Source: a virus (lineage: Duplodnaviria; Caudoviricetes). From it: DNA of 64,000 nucleotides. Position 1 is the first letter of the stretch; each line of letters opens with the position of its first letter. The stretch lies in the IMG/VR virus record IMGVR_UViG_3300027708_000013. The stretch is one strand, 5' to 3'. This document shows, in pieces, positions 18,791 to 29,543 of the stretch. Both the position numbers and the translations under genes were made by a program. Below the pieces are notes generated by a model. That model saw only the letters and a list, made by a program, of their open reading frames with translations, ran no database searches and was not told where the DNA came from.

Positions 18791-20191
18791 TTAAAGTATC
18801 ACAGCTTCGACCAACTTAACACCCGAGTCGGCATTGGTTTCCAATGCCACAGCAAACACTGTGTTTGAGTGTGCAACATCAACCACAGCACACCCATTGC
18901 TGGATGCAATTAATCGTTGTCCTTTGCGAACAGCACCGGTGACCGATACCGGAACACGACCTTTCAGTGCTATGTAAGTACCGCCCGCCAGCTCGGAATT
19001 CATCATGTAGGCTGGATTGGCAGAAACAACACCAATGGCCAAGTCTCCCGAGCTACATGCAGTCACTTCTGCGTCGCCACCTACAGCAACTACAGTGCCC
19101 ACAGGATACTCTTGATCTGCTAGATATTTTTCTGCCAAGTCAGCATATTGTGCCTGTACCGCTTTACCGTATATTGTTGCCCACCAAGCAGTGGTACTTC
19201 CTAAATTAATTGACGCATTGGCACTGGGTAATATTGTGCCCGACACAGTTAATCCGGTCAGTGTGCCGACTGAAGTTATGTTTGTTTGTGCGGCGGTACT
19301 TATGTTACCAGTTAACGTTGCACCTGAGTTACCAATGGTAGCGGCGTTTACTGTTGCGGCTATGACAGTACCAGATGCTGTGAATGATGATCCAGTTACC
19401 GTAGCACCTGCATTACCAATTGTGGCAGCATTTACAGTTGCGGCAATAACAGTACCCGATGTTGTTAACCCTGTCAATGTACCAACCGAAGTTAAACTTG
19501 ATGCAACTACATTAGAAGCCAGGGTCGTGCCAGTCAATGTACCAGCTGGTGCTACCACAGCGGCAGTGCCGCTGTAAACAACACGACCATATACATCAGT
19601 GGTAATTACAGGAATAGCAGTACTGGAGCCCACTGATGCGGATCCAGGACCTGTGGGAGTTAAACTTAAGCTAGTGCCAGTCACAGTGATGTTGCCGGCG
19701 CCAGAGCTGTAATAAGCAGTGGCGTAGGCAACACCGTTGCCGGACCAATATAGTCCAGTTGTGATTACTACTGAATTTGAATAGGCTGAGCCATTGGCAT
19801 AAATGTTTCCACCCACGCCCATGCCACCTGTGATGACCACTGCACCTGTGGTAGTAGATGTACTGGAAGTTGCTGCTTGGAAATTGGCTTGACTGGGAAC
19901 ATTACCACCAGTAAAACTTGCCGCCGCTGTGGCCACTGGGCTACCGTCAACATACAAGCCACCACCGGCAGTGGTGTAAGCATCCAGTCGCCCAATCACT
20001 CGATTTGTCACTGCAATATTAGCAAACACTCCGTACGCAGTGTTGGCATAGGTAGCATTAATATTGTCAACCACAGTGGCCAAGTTGCTGGTGTTGTTGT
20101 TGACTTTATTAAATGCTGCGTAAATACTATCGCCGGTACCGCTGTTGGGGTTTCCTAAGCTGGTGTTGATTGTGGTAATTGCTACGCCCAT
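18791..20191 (-). CDS. Tail fibre / structural protein
   Basis: N-terminal GTGDSIYAAFNKVN anchor, TSVGTLTGL repeats, C-terminal ADLAEKY..D..Y..GTVV..GG..EVT domain. Confidence 0.75.
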   Translation of the reverse strand: MGVAITTINTSLGNPNSGTGDSIYAAFNKVNNNTSNLATVVDNINATYANTAYGVFANIAVTNRVIGRLDAYTTAGGGLYVDGSPVATAAASFTGGNVPSQANFQAATSSTSTTTGAVVITGGMGVGGNIYANGSAYSNSVVITTGLYWSGNGVAYATAYYSSGAGNITVTGTSLSLTPTGPGSASVGSSTAIPVITTDVYGRVVYSGTAAVVAPAGTLTGTTLASNVVASSLTSVGTLTGLTTSGTVIAATVNAATIGNAGATVTGSSFTASGTVIAATVNAATIGNSGATLTGNISTAAQTNITSVGTLTGLTVSGTILPSANASINLGSTTAWWATIYGKAVQAQYADLAEKYLADQEYPVGTVVAVGGDAEVTACSSGDLAIGVVSANPAYMMNSELAGGTYIALKGRVPVSVTGAVRKGQRLIASSNGCAVVDVAHSNTVFAVALETNADSGVKLVEAVIL

Positions 20192-20259
20192 AGTGTCTTT
20201 TCCAAATATTATTAGTATTTAGCCTGATAGATTAGTTAGAGCTCGCAGTGATTCGTGTA

Positions 20260-21006
20260 TTAATAGCCAAATCTTGTTTTGTAAGTGGCATGTTCTGCCT
20301 GTATCTGTGCCAAGGTCAATTCTCCGTTCCACACTTTGACAAATCCCACATCCGCATCCACTTGTTCTGTGCTGGTAGTGGCATTTAAATATCTTCCAAA
20401 CAATCTCAATCCGTTGAATCCGTTGTTGGTAGTGCCAGTACCGTATGTGGCGCTGGGGGCTGTGTTGGTTGCTATGTAACTTTTTGCTTTGCTTGCACCA
20501 GCAGATCCACTATTAGTGAACCATATAAAATGCCAAGCAGTGTCTGCTGTGGTAGTGGTGCCGACAAAAGCATCACCATAGGCAACGTTCATTGATCCGC
20601 CATTGCCACTCCACAGGCCCATTAAAAAATCAGGTGTTGCTGAGTTAGCATTAAGTAACCTATTGATGGTACTTCCATTCCACTTGTAGGCCATACCCAC
20701 AGTAAATGCTTGTGTGCCACTGCTGTAGTCGGGACCAAAAGTCAAGAAGTCAGCGGTGCTGGCAGTGGTGACTCTAAACACACCACCATTGGCACTGTTC
20801 CACGAAATTCTAGGTGTGGGATTCACCACATTGATGGTGTAGGCACCTGTGCCTGCTATGGTACTGCCATTGACAGGAACAGCACTATAGTTGGCTGCAT
20901 CCAAATTAAGTACTAGGTTAGGTGCCGCTGATGTTGCTACTACCGCAGGAGTTTTGTAAATACGCCCGAGTGGAGATTGATACGCAGTAAATCTCGCTAG
21001 TTTCAT
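20260..21006 (-). CDS. LamG / concanavalin A-like virion protein
   Basis: Likely start MKLARF at 21006 (TAATG overlap); LVLNLDAANY...VGFVKVWNGELTLAQIQ motif. Confidence 0.7.
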   Translation of the reverse strand: MKLARFTAYQSPLGRIYKTPAVVATSAAPNLVLNLDAANYSAVPVNGSTIAGTGAYTINVVNPTPRISWNSANGGVFRVTTASTADFLTFGPDYSSGTQAFTVGMAYKWNGSTINRLLNANSATPDFLMGLWSGNGGSMNVAYGDAFVGTTTTADTAWHFIWFTNSGSAGASKAKSYIATNTAPSATYGTGTTNNGFNGLRLFGRYLNATTSTEQVDADVGFVKVWNGELTLAQIQAEHATYKTRFGY

Positions 21007-24000
21007 TATGCGTAGTTGCTCTGCTGTCCCAATATACGGTAGGAGCCGTTGTTTAGATTGATTAAACTGATGCTGATGACATCGGTGTTGCTGGCAGTGC
21101 CAGTGGGCACTGTGGCCCCGGCCCATCGTATGTTGCTGACTGTGCCGCCGGCAAACTGTATGTTGGCAATACGGTAGGGAGTAGCACCTTGGTCAACTAT
21201 CACAGTAAAGCCGGCAGTGGTAAAGGCCGTATTGCTGATGTTAACAATATTTGCTGTGACATTGGCAGTGAGTGTGGCATAGTACACTCCACCGTTGATG
21301 AAGTTAAGTGTTAGGTTACCACCTGTGTTGCTTACGTTGCTGTAAGTTTCGTAGTAAGAACCTTGTTGGAATGTGTTGCCCACCAATGTAGTAGTACCGG
21401 TATGGTATGTGTTTGCATTTACATTTAAATTACCACCAACTGCCAAGTTACCAGCAACACCGGCACCACCTGCCACATACAATGCACCTGCAGTTCCTAT
21501 AGTAGTTCCAGTTCCCACGGTTGTGTTACTCAACACCAAGCTACCCAGCTGAGCATTGCCAAATGTACCTGTGACATTGCTATTTGTTTCTGTGGCACTT
21601 ATCAAATATTGCAGTGTTCTTGTAGAGTTTTCCAATCCCAAGAATGCCAAACTGTCTACACCATTGTAGTAGTGCATACGTAGGCCCACGTCCTTACCAT
21701 CATCCACTGCCCAAGCGGCCAAGTTACCATAGGTGTGTAAATCTAATATGCTATCGTAAATTGTAACCTGTCCTGCATCAACAGCAAGGTTGCCAGTTAA
21801 AGAAGTAACACCGTTGACAGTGACATTACCTGTGTATGTTGCTGTGGTGCCAATTGCGTTACCGTAGTGTGCGCCGATTAAGTTACCGGCTGTGATGTTG
21901 GCTGTGGTTGATATAGTTGCTGTTGTCAAATAGGCACTGACATTGGTATTGCTATACGTTCCACTGCCAGCAGCAATGGTGGTTAAAATATTAACACCAT
22001 TGGCAAACAAGTAATTTGGAGCAATAACATTGCCGCCAATGGTGATGTTGCCAGCCACACCAGCTCCGCCTTTGACAACCAATGCACCAGAGTTAACGTT
22101 GGCACTAGTTGTAGTAGCTGGAATTACAATATTTCCTTCACTACCAATTCTTAAAGATTCAACAGCAACATTTGAACTATTTCTTATAGTAGTAACTGTG
22201 GCGTAAACTCCGGTTGAACTGTTGGTAAAATTCTCATCTGCGTATACATTTAATCCAGCACCGGAGTTGGCATTATATCCCGATAATCCATATCCTTTGA
22301 CAACAAAAAATCCCAATCTATCTCCCAACTGAACAGCCGATGGGACAGCGGTGGTTCCTCTGGCATGTCTAAGACTGATACCAGATGCTGTGGCTGTACC
22401 AAAACTATCTATACCTAGAACAGCATTTACAGCAGTGGCACCATTTATATGTAGAATAGCATTATTGTTAGATATAGGAGCATCAGTGGTTGCGTTGAGA
22501 GTAAGTATACTGTCAGCTGAAGCCAATGCATTGCCTAAACCCAATAATAAGTTGCCACGAATAGTGTGTAATGAATAATTATATGATCCAACATTGATAT
22601 TGCCCAGCACACCCATGCCACCATTCACCACCAATGCGCCGGTGGTGTTGTTGACCGGAGCAGTTCCTGGATTGTAAATGCTTACTGCAACGTTGGCAGT
22701 ATTGGCCCCACCAGCGATAAATTTGATATTGGTTCCCGGGGTAGCAGTACCAATGACTAAATTACCTCCAGGCGATCCACCGGTGATGTTGCCCTGTGCA
22801 TAAAGATAAGCATCATTGATGTTGAGCACTGTGCCCAAGCTGTTGTTGGGATTCAATCCGTTGTAATTGCTACCAGCAATGCCTAAATCAACAAAGTATG
22901 TGGTATCTGAGCCATTGTTGGCAGTGGCTATGTAATCAGTAGTGCTTTGATTTCCCAAACTGATATTTTGTATGTTTAGTTGAGAATAACTGTTGGAGTT
23001 GGTGGTAAATTGAGCTAGGTAGTAGGGAACTACAGAGTATCCAGACTGTAATCCAGCTGTGATGGGCTTAAAACCGGTCACCGGATCGCCCGACGGTGTG
23101 ATGTGATTGGCTGAAATATTACCTGTGTACACAGGCAAATAACTTGCCACTGTTGCGTTACTGTATCCGCTTACACTGTAAGTTGCATTGGCGTAGGTAT
23201 AAAAACTTCCAACATTGGCATCTAGGGTTTGAATACGTGTGTTGGCCGCAGTGACTTGTGAAGTTAAGGTGCCGGTTGCACTTTGCCAGTTTTGTGTATC
23301 AGCAGCGTTTACTTGATCCACATAATTTTTTAATGCTGTGTTGGCAGTGACTATTGCGGCATTGGCACCTTGTATCTGACTCAGTTGGGAAACAGCATTG
23401 GCATCAACATAGCTCTTCATTGCTGTGTTGGCTGTTACAATAGCGGCGTTAGCACCACTGATGCTCAAGTTGGCAGCAACAATGTTTGAACTCATTGCAA
23501 CATTCAGTGTGTTGACATAACTAACCACAGCCGAGTTAGCAGACACAATAGCGGCGTTGGCACCAGCAATGGCGTCACTTTGAACCCCGGCATTGGCAAA
23601 CAAGGTGGCAAGGTTACCGGCTTGAACAGCGGCATTGGCTGTCCATGCAGAAACAATGGCACTATCTCGTGCATCAACGTAAACTGTCATTGAAGAATTA
23701 GAACTATACACCTGCGAGTCAGTATAGGCTCTCAGTGTGACGTTGGCAGTGGAGATCTGTGTGTCTGTGTAGGATTTAAGTGCGGCATTGGCTGACACAA
23801 TAGCACTATTGGCACCAGAGACATTGCTGGCCATAGCAGAATTTAGTGTGTTGACATAGGCAACTACAGAGGAATTGGCAGTGACTATGGCACTGTTGGC
23901 AGCGGTAATTTGTGCCAACTGTGCAACTGCGTTGGCTGTCCACGCGGCAGTAACTGATGAAATTTGATCATTCACATAAGACGTTGTAGCAGTGTTGGCA

Positions 24001-24581
24001 TTGATGATGGCGCCATTGGCCCCTGTAATGCTGGCCTGTAATGCATTTATGTTTGATTGTTGACTGATGGCATTGCTGAATAGCGTGGCTGTGTTATTTT
24101 GCAAAGTATTGACATAAGTTTGCAAAGTGCTGATATTGGTAGTGGCCACACCTAAATTGGCATCCAATCTGGATATTTGTGCATTGGCCGCTGTGACATT
24201 GGCATTGACCGGTGCCAATGTTGTGCTGTTGATGTTGGCAGTGACTTGAGCAACAATAATATTGGAAATATTAGTGGCCAAATTGGCAGATACTTGATTG
24301 TAAACTGTGGTAGTGATGTTGGCCACGGCAGCGTTGGTATAGGTGTTGGCACCAATCAATCCACTGATCACATAACCATAAGGTACAGCACCCGACACAT
24401 CGCTGATGGTGAGTGATATGTTACCGGTTCTGTTTGCAACTGTTTGAACCGGAGTAGTTACCGGAGCACTGCCATTGGCAATGTTGGCAAAATTTAAGTT
24501 TATCTTTGTAAATGCGGTGCGTAGTGGATCACCTGTACCGTCGTCGGCTGTAGATCCGATATTAACATTAGCAAAAGCCAT
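21006..24581 (-). CDS. Long tail fibre protein with Ala/Asn-rich coiled-coil repeats
   Basis: DDGTGDPLRTAFTKIN N-terminal anchor, repeated GANAAIV(T/S)AN units, GALVVxGGxGV repeats. Confidence 0.8.
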   Translation of the reverse strand: MAFANVNIGSTADDGTGDPLRTAFTKINLNFANIANGSAPVTTPVQTVANRTGNISLTISDVSGAVPYGYVISGLIGANTYTNAAVANITTTVYNQVSANLATNISNIIVAQVTANINSTTLAPVNANVTAANAQISRLDANLGVATTNISTLQTYVNTLQNNTATLFSNAISQQSNINALQASITGANGAIINANTATTSYVNDQISSVTAAWTANAVAQLAQITAANSAIVTANSSVVAYVNTLNSAMASNVSGANSAIVSANAALKSYTDTQISTANVTLRAYTDSQVYSSNSSMTVYVDARDSAIVSAWTANAAVQAGNLATLFANAGVQSDAIAGANAAIVSANSAVVSYVNTLNVAMSSNIVAANLSISGANAAIVTANTAMKSYVDANAVSQLSQIQGANAAIVTANTALKNYVDQVNAADTQNWQSATGTLTSQVTAANTRIQTLDANVGSFYTYANATYSVSGYSNATVASYLPVYTGNISANHITPSGDPVTGFKPITAGLQSGYSVVPYYLAQFTTNSNSYSQLNIQNISLGNQSTTDYIATANNGSDTTYFVDLGIAGSNYNGLNPNNSLGTVLNINDAYLYAQGNITGGSPGGNLVIGTATPGTNIKFIAGGANTANVAVSIYNPGTAPVNNTTGALVVNGGMGVLGNINVGSYNYSLHTIRGNLLLGLGNALASADSILTLNATTDAPISNNNAILHINGATAVNAVLGIDSFGTATASGISLRHARGTTAVPSAVQLGDRLGFFVVKGYGLSGYNANSGAGLNVYADENFTNSSTGVYATVTTIRNSSNVAVESLRIGSEGNIVIPATTTSANVNSGALVVKGGAGVAGNITIGGNVIAPNYLFANGVNILTTIAAGSGTYSNTNVSAYLTTATISTTANITAGNLIGAHYGNAIGTTATYTGNVTVNGVTSLTGNLAVDAGQVTIYDSILDLHTYGNLAAWAVDDGKDVGLRMHYYNGVDSLAFLGLENSTRTLQYLISATETNSNVTGTFGNAQLGSLVLSNTTVGTGTTIGTAGALYVAGGAGVAGNLAVGGNLNVNANTYHTGTTTLVGNTFQQGSYYETYSNVSNTGGNLTLNFINGGVYYATLTANVTANIVNISNTAFTTAGFTVIVDQGATPYRIANIQFAGGTVSNIRWAGATVPTGTASNTDVISISLINLNNGSYRILGQQSNYA

Positions 24582-24638
24582 AGAAATCTGTCCTCGTATG
24601 CTGTATTTAGCATATTCAACTAGATCTGTTTACAGGAG

Positions 24639-24965
24639 TTAAAAGGGATTGAAGCTGGAACCGCAACCACAAGTGGTTTGTGCTTGGGGATTGTCAATGC
24701 TGAATGTGGCGCCCATGATGTCATCTCGAAAGTCTATTCTGGCACCTTGTAAATACTGCCCGCTCATGCTGTCTACCAACACAGTGACGCCATTTACATC
24801 CAAGCTCCAGTCATCTTCGCCTACTGCTTCATCCAGGGTGAACCCATAACTCATGCCTGAACAGCCACCACCTTGTACAAACACACGCAGTTTTAATCCA
24901 GGAGTATTTTCTTCGGCCAGTATTTCGCGAATTCTTACTTCGGCTGCTGGGGTAATGGTTATCAT
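24639..24965 (-). CDS. A-type Fe-S cluster carrier (ErpA/IscA/HesB family)
   Basis: [22 protein letters not shown]. Confidence 0.95.
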   Translation of the reverse strand: MITITPAAEVRIREILAEENTPGLKLRVFVQGGGCSGMSYGFTLDEAVGEDDWSLDVNGVTVLVDSMSGQYLQGARIDFRDDIMGATFSIDNPQAQTTCGCGSSFNPF

Positions 24966-26080
24966 GTTAAAGATCTTTCTAATTCTGTTAGTATACCAAA
25001 TTGTTGTTGAATTACATCAGATGATAATTTTCTATGTTTGACGATTTGCTTCATTTTAGTAACAAATTCATTTCGTAACAATGTATTATATTGAGTACTT
25101 ATTATAGTTTGACCCAACTCAGCTACGAATTTTTTTTGAGTGTTAGTAATGACATATTGATTTATCTGTTGTGTTAGTAGTTCAACTATACTGTGTTTTT
25201 CTTGTTCATTCAATATAAACCAAGATAACCAACTTGGCCCCACTAGGTTAGTTATTCTAGTTTTTATTTTATATCGATTTAGATATTCCAGTGTGGGTAC
25301 AAGATTTTGTATATTTAAAGTTTGAACAACGTAATTAAAATTAGTACGTGATGGTCGTAATTCTTTTAATAATACTTTTACATTTGATTCAAATGTGTGC
25401 CATTTTGCAGGATACCGCATAAACTCGTAACTTGAGCCTATGCCGTCCGCACTGATTTGTAATTCTAGTTTGGATATTTTTTTTAATTTTTCAATATGCG
25501 AGGACAAAATAACAGTGCTGTTGGTGACTACTCGAAATGGAATATTTTTTTCAATAACAAAATCCATAATTTTTAAATTTCCTTTTGTTAGAAAAAATTC
25601 GCCTCCTATTACACTGATTGATTCTATATTATCTGCTGATTTGAGTATATCAATACAATCTTCGGCAATATTAAATTCTTTGATGCTATCAAACCCAATT
25701 TTTTCAATAGCATATCTTTCTTGTGCCAATGCTGTACTGGAATTTGGGCCGCACATAAAACATTTTAAATTGCAAACATTTGAAGGAAAAAGTTCAAATC
25801 GTGTTCCGTAATCTTTAGTTGTATCAGGCCACATTATATTAGCATAATTGCGTAAACTAGTTTGATTTTGTTCTTCCTGTTGTTTGCAACTGATGCATCC
25901 TGCAGGCCATTCTGTTGCTTTCTTTAAATTTTGTAATTCTAGGCTAGAATGATATTCTTCCAAGGTTGGGTATATATTGTTTGTTTTGTAAACACAGCAG
26001 GGAAGAATTTTGATACCAGACAAAACATTACCTTCCACTCGGACAGTGTGATGAATAGACGAGCAATAAAAATTAGTCAT
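24962..26080 (-). CDS. Radical SAM protein with N-terminal Cys cluster
   Basis: CNLKCFMC motif, IGGEFF, ISADG; AT-rich. Confidence 0.88.
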   Translation of the reverse strand: MTNFYCSSIHHTVRVEGNVLSGIKILPCCVYKTNNIYPTLEEYHSSLELQNLKKATEWPAGCISCKQQEEQNQTSLRNYANIMWPDTTKDYGTRFELFPSNVCNLKCFMCGPNSSTALAQERYAIEKIGFDSIKEFNIAEDCIDILKSADNIESISVIGGEFFLTKGNLKIMDFVIEKNIPFRVVTNSTVILSSHIEKLKKISKLELQISADGIGSSYEFMRYPAKWHTFESNVKVLLKELRPSRTNFNYVVQTLNIQNLVPTLEYLNRYKIKTRITNLVGPSWLSWFILNEQEKHSIVELLTQQINQYVITNTQKKFVAELGQTIISTQYNTLLRNEFVTKMKQIVKHRKLSSDVIQQQFGILTELERSLT

Positions 26081-26109
26081 ATTATGATTGTTTTTTTACA
26101 GTGACTATG

Positions 26110-26655
26110 TTATAGTCTATGGTTCACCACAGTCCAGTCGATGATTCGCCAGATGTTGTTGAGATATTTGCTTTTGTTTGATCCGTAATCAGGTTGGTAA
26201 GCATGCTCCCACATGTCCACCAATACTGCTATGTCAGTTCTTTTTGCGTGGTTGCGTATGGTTCTAATCTTGCCGTTTTTACTAAGATAGCACCAGCCTG
26301 AACCCTGTATCTTCATAGCTTCGGTTTTGAATTCCTGTTTGAACGATATATAGTTATCAAAGTGACGATCAATCAAATCCAACACACGACCAAAAGGTCG
26401 ATTGCTGCCGGGAGATTTAAATTGGCTGAACCAAATATCATGTAGAAAAGCTCCGGCTTCGTTGAAACTTCTATCACCTTCATGATTGTTGAATCTTTCC
26501 ACATATCCGTGATACAGTTTACCGTAATGAATGTCGATGTTTCGCTTGGTCAACACTGGAGCAAGATCTCCAACACCGTAGGGTAATTTTACTTGTTTGA
26601 GCACTACCGGAGCAGTGGCTTCTAATAGGTCAATAGTTTCGCGAATTGTGTTCAT
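26110..26655 (-). CDS. sod: Fe/Mn superoxide dismutase with short N-terminal extension
   Basis: HYGKLY, FLHDIWF, GSGWCYL, DMWEHAY retain all four metal ligands; likely start ATG 26655. Confidence 0.9.
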   Translation of the reverse strand: MNTIRETIDLLEATAPVVLKQVKLPYGVGDLAPVLTKRNIDIHYGKLYHGYVERFNNHEGDRSFNEAGAFLHDIWFSQFKSPGSNRPFGRVLDLIDRHFDNYISFKQEFKTEAMKIQGSGWCYLSKNGKIRTIRNHAKRTDIAVLVDMWEHAYQPDYGSNKSKYLNNIWRIIDWTVVNHRL

Positions 26656-26675
26656 ATAGTATTTATTGCCATTGG

Positions 26676-27005
26676 TTAAGTATCCGGCCAATCTCTATAC
26701 AGTGCATGTTGTATATTACCTTTAACAAACTGGTTGAAACTACGATGTTTATCTTCAAGTTCACCTTCCAACGGTGCTACTCTCTTGAAAGCATTTTCCA
26801 ATTGAGCCATATCTGTAAACTCCATCATAATATGCCATTCTGGTAAATCTTGTATACTACGAAATCCCATTTTACAACGTGTAATCCTATAACTAACCAT
26901 TTTATTTTCTATAATTAAATGATTAAGAAATCCCTTCATATTATTGACCCAAACAGTGTCGGTAATATCGCCTTCTTTGTCTGCCCAAATATGATATATA
27001 TCCAT
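26676..27005 (-). CDS. Small conserved hypothetical protein
   Basis: MDIYHIWAD...LPEWHIMMEF...QLENAF; start overlaps the amidinotransferase end. Confidence 0.6.
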   Translation of the reverse strand: MDIYHIWADKEGDITDTVWVNNMKGFLNHLIIENKMVSYRITRCKMGFRSIQDLPEWHIMMEFTDMAQLENAFKRVAPLEGELEDKHRSFNQFVKGNIQHALYRDWPDT

Positions 27006-28162
27006 TATCTTCTCTCTGGAAAGTAATCTTTTAATGTACCTTCTCTGTGTATATCGCTGGTAATACAATGAAGTCCACCGTCCCAAAAATATCTATGTCT
27101 AAAATTAAGCACATGCGGGGTTATTCCGTGTCGCTCAAACGCATCAAATACATTTTTGTTATAATTATTACATATTACATTGTTTTCATCGATGACTAAC
27201 ATGTTTACATCAAATACAGTTTCTTCTACATAACCAACCCAATGATGTAACCATGATTCTACAAAATTAGTAAAATCATCATTTAATTCTTCCCCTGGTA
27301 CCCACCACTTGCCTCGATTTTTCCCCTTTAATCTTAAAAATGCACCAACTTTGCCCCAACTTTGCCCGGGTAAGTAGACAACTTCCCATCCAGGAAAAGT
27401 ATCGGCATAAGTTGGTATATCTTTAAGACTTACGATTAGTCCCGGTTTTACTGGGCAGTAAGTGCCATCGGAGTGTCCTCCAGTATTAATGATATGACAT
27501 CGATAGTCGGAGAACATATTGGTATATATATCTTTGTTAATATTTTGGTTTGTTATTTTGGTACCCGAGTCAGTACCAAAATATAAATCTTTCCCTATCC
27601 TGGTGATCATTGCTGAATTTATACCTGGTTGATTTTCAATAACTAAATTTGTGCTTTTAATTTTTTCAATTATATCTTTCCATGCATGCATCTCACGTGG
27701 GAGATATTTAAAATTCCTATTAAACATTAATAATTCTTGCTTAATAGTGTCGGGTAACAAATTAAATTCTTTATCTGACGTGCGAGGATTATTTGGCCAA
27801 TCTGCTCCTTTCCACTGATTCCACGAATCTAAGAAAAGTGTATTTGACGTATTATCTATTATATAAAATGTCGACCCAATCATTGCTGAATAATCACGAG
27901 GTGTCATTGGAGGAGGCATAATTTTTCCATCTTCCCCTAGATAGTCTACGTAGTTGTCAGAGACTGATGGTCTCCATACTTCAACTCCAAACAATTCAAG
28001 TAAAGTAATTAATTTTTGAAAATCTTCTTCGGTTTCTTGAGCAATTCTTTCCATTACTGTGCGTACACGATTGTTAGTAATAAATTTATAAAACTCAGGC
28101 CTATAGGTGCGTCCAACTAAACAAACCTTTAATGGATCCCAATGTTGATATACATTATACAT
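27005..28162 (-). CDS. Amidinotransferase (glycine/inosamine-phosphate amidinotransferase-like)
   Basis: WDPLKVCLVG, PRD, GHSDG, FDVNML, WDGGLHCIT catalytic motifs. Confidence 0.88.
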   Translation of the reverse strand: MYNVYQHWDPLKVCLVGRTYRPEFYKFITNNRVRTVMERIAQETEEDFQKLITLLELFGVEVWRPSVSDNYVDYLGEDGKIMPPPMTPRDYSAMIGSTFYIIDNTSNTLFLDSWNQWKGADWPNNPRTSDKEFNLLPDTIKQELLMFNRNFKYLPREMHAWKDIIEKIKSTNLVIENQPGINSAMITRIGKDLYFGTDSGTKITNQNINKDIYTNMFSDYRCHIINTGGHSDGTYCPVKPGLIVSLKDIPTYADTFPGWEVVYLPGQSWGKVGAFLRLKGKNRGKWWVPGEELNDDFTNFVESWLHHWVGYVEETVFDVNMLVIDENNVICNNYNKNVFDAFERHGITPHVLNFRHRYFWDGGLHCITSDIHREGTLKDYFPERR

Positions 28163-28587
28163 TATGCTGGTCCTAATATTTCGAATCCTGTTATTTCTGT
28201 TTTATATTCATCAGCTCCGCCAAGATACAAATAACTATAACCTAAAGATTTGTACAAGGCGCATTCATGTTTCATAGTTTCTATTCCAAGTCTTATTTTT
28301 GGATCAGCATAGTCCCAAGCAAATTGAACACATTCAGCATTATCTTGGTCGTATTTGCGTACAAGGCTAAATGCCACCAATGCATCATTTATATAGTACC
28401 CAAGTATATCTGTGTTGCTGTCTAAATACTGACTATCAAATATAGGCATGACACTTTTAAACTTTTTGTAACGACAATATTTTAAGTATATAATGTTTAA
28501 TTTATCGATATTGGGATCTGTAATATACTTCCAATTATCCAGTTGTTTGTAATTGGTTTTAAATAGATCAATTCTAGCGTATTTCAT
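28162..28587 (-). CDS. GNAT-fold protein resembling the arginyl/leucyl-tRNA protein transferase C-terminal domain
   Basis: YYINDALVAFS...FAWDY...LGIETMKHECALYKSLGYSYLYLG. Confidence 0.55.
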   Translation of the reverse strand: MKYARIDLFKTNYKQLDNWKYITDPNIDKLNIIYLKYCRYKKFKSVMPIFDSQYLDSNTDILGYYINDALVAFSLVRKYDQDNAECVQFAWDYADPKIRLGIETMKHECALYKSLGYSYLYLGGADEYKTEITGFEILGPA

Positions 28588-29083
28588 TGGGTCTCCAATT
28601 TACTACATAATCTAAATTTTCTTTTGACCATGTATGATAATACCCTTTTTCTTTTAGTTGATGTGAGGCTGTATTTAATTTATTTAAGTTTTGTACCAGC
28701 AATAACCCGCACAGGCCAAAATTCATTTTTACATTGTTAACGAATTCTAGTGAATCTGGGTGATCTTCTAATACCACAATATCTTTTTTCATCAAGGCTT
28801 GGTTTATACCATCTACAATAATAGCAAGGGAATCGGTTGCAATTTCATAATGATCAAAGCAGAAAATTATAACATCTTTGTTATTTAATAAATCTATGTT
28901 ATCAACTATGTCAAACAATAAATCCTTTGCTTGACTAAATTTAATTTCTATTTTTTTATTGATTCTGGCTTGTCGTGCATAAGGACACGGGGCCCACTCT
29001 CCCAATGCAGAATTAGGCACTTCTACAAATTCTTGTAGCCAATGGTTTAATTTTTCTGTAATTAATTGATTATCCAATGGCAT
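28574..29083 (-). CDS. Hypothetical protein (DUF1415-like)
   Basis: WLQEFVEVPN...PCPYARQAR N-terminus; HPD motif. Confidence 0.45.
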   Translation of the reverse strand: MPLDNQLITEKLNHWLQEFVEVPNSALGEWAPCPYARQARINKKIEIKFSQAKDLLFDIVDNIDLLNNKDVIIFCFDHYEIATDSLAIIVDGINQALMKKDIVVLEDHPDSLEFVNNVKMNFGLCGLLLVQNLNKLNTASHQLKEKGYYHTWSKENLDYVVNWRPNEIR

Positions 29084-29112
29084 ATTAAACTGTTTTAATT
29101 TAATAATTCTTT

Positions 29113-29331
29113 TTATTTGGTTCTGTAAACAATACGGCCGCGATTTAAATCGTACGGACTCATTTCTACATCAACACCATCACCTAATAATATGCGTATA
29201 TTATTTTGTCTAAGCCTGCCACCTATAGTGGCCAATACAGTGTGATTGTTTTCTAACACTACTCTAAACATGGCATTGGGCAGTACTTCTTCCACTCTAC
29301 CAGTCATTTTGATAATATCTTCTTTTGACAT
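29113..29331 (-). CDS. infA: Translation initiation factor IF-1
   Basis: [22 protein letters not shown]...[26 protein letters not shown]. Confidence 0.97.
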   Translation of the reverse strand: MSKEDIIKMTGRVEEVLPNAMFRVVLENNHTVLATIGGRLRQNNIRILLGDGVDVEMSPYDLNRGRIVYRTK

Positions 29332-29334
29332 GCG

Positions 29335-29535
29335 TTAGTGTAGCTCTACCTGACGCATTCGATCTGTCTCGACATTTTGTAACAGAACTCGATTTCCCTG
29401 TGCCAGTTCTTGTTCAAAAAAACTAGCCAACCCAATGCTTCTGCGTATCACCTCGGCTACATCGGTACCACGAGTCTTTGCCAATTTGGTCACAGTGTCG
29501 CTGAGTTCTTCACTCAATTCCAATTTAATTTTCAT
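29335..29535 (-). CDS. Ribbon-helix-helix DNA-binding protein
   Basis: KIKLELSEEL..TVTKLAK.RG...AEVIRRSI pattern. Confidence 0.65.
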   Translation of the reverse strand: MKIKLELSEELSDTVTKLAKTRGTDVAEVIRRSIGLASFFEQELAQGNRVLLQNVETDRMRQVELH

Positions 29536-29543
29536 GCTTGCTT

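Noticed and set aside
18791-24581. Diversity-generating retroelement targeting the fibre genes
   Set aside because: No reverse transcriptase and no template/variable repeat pair differing at adenines was noticed.
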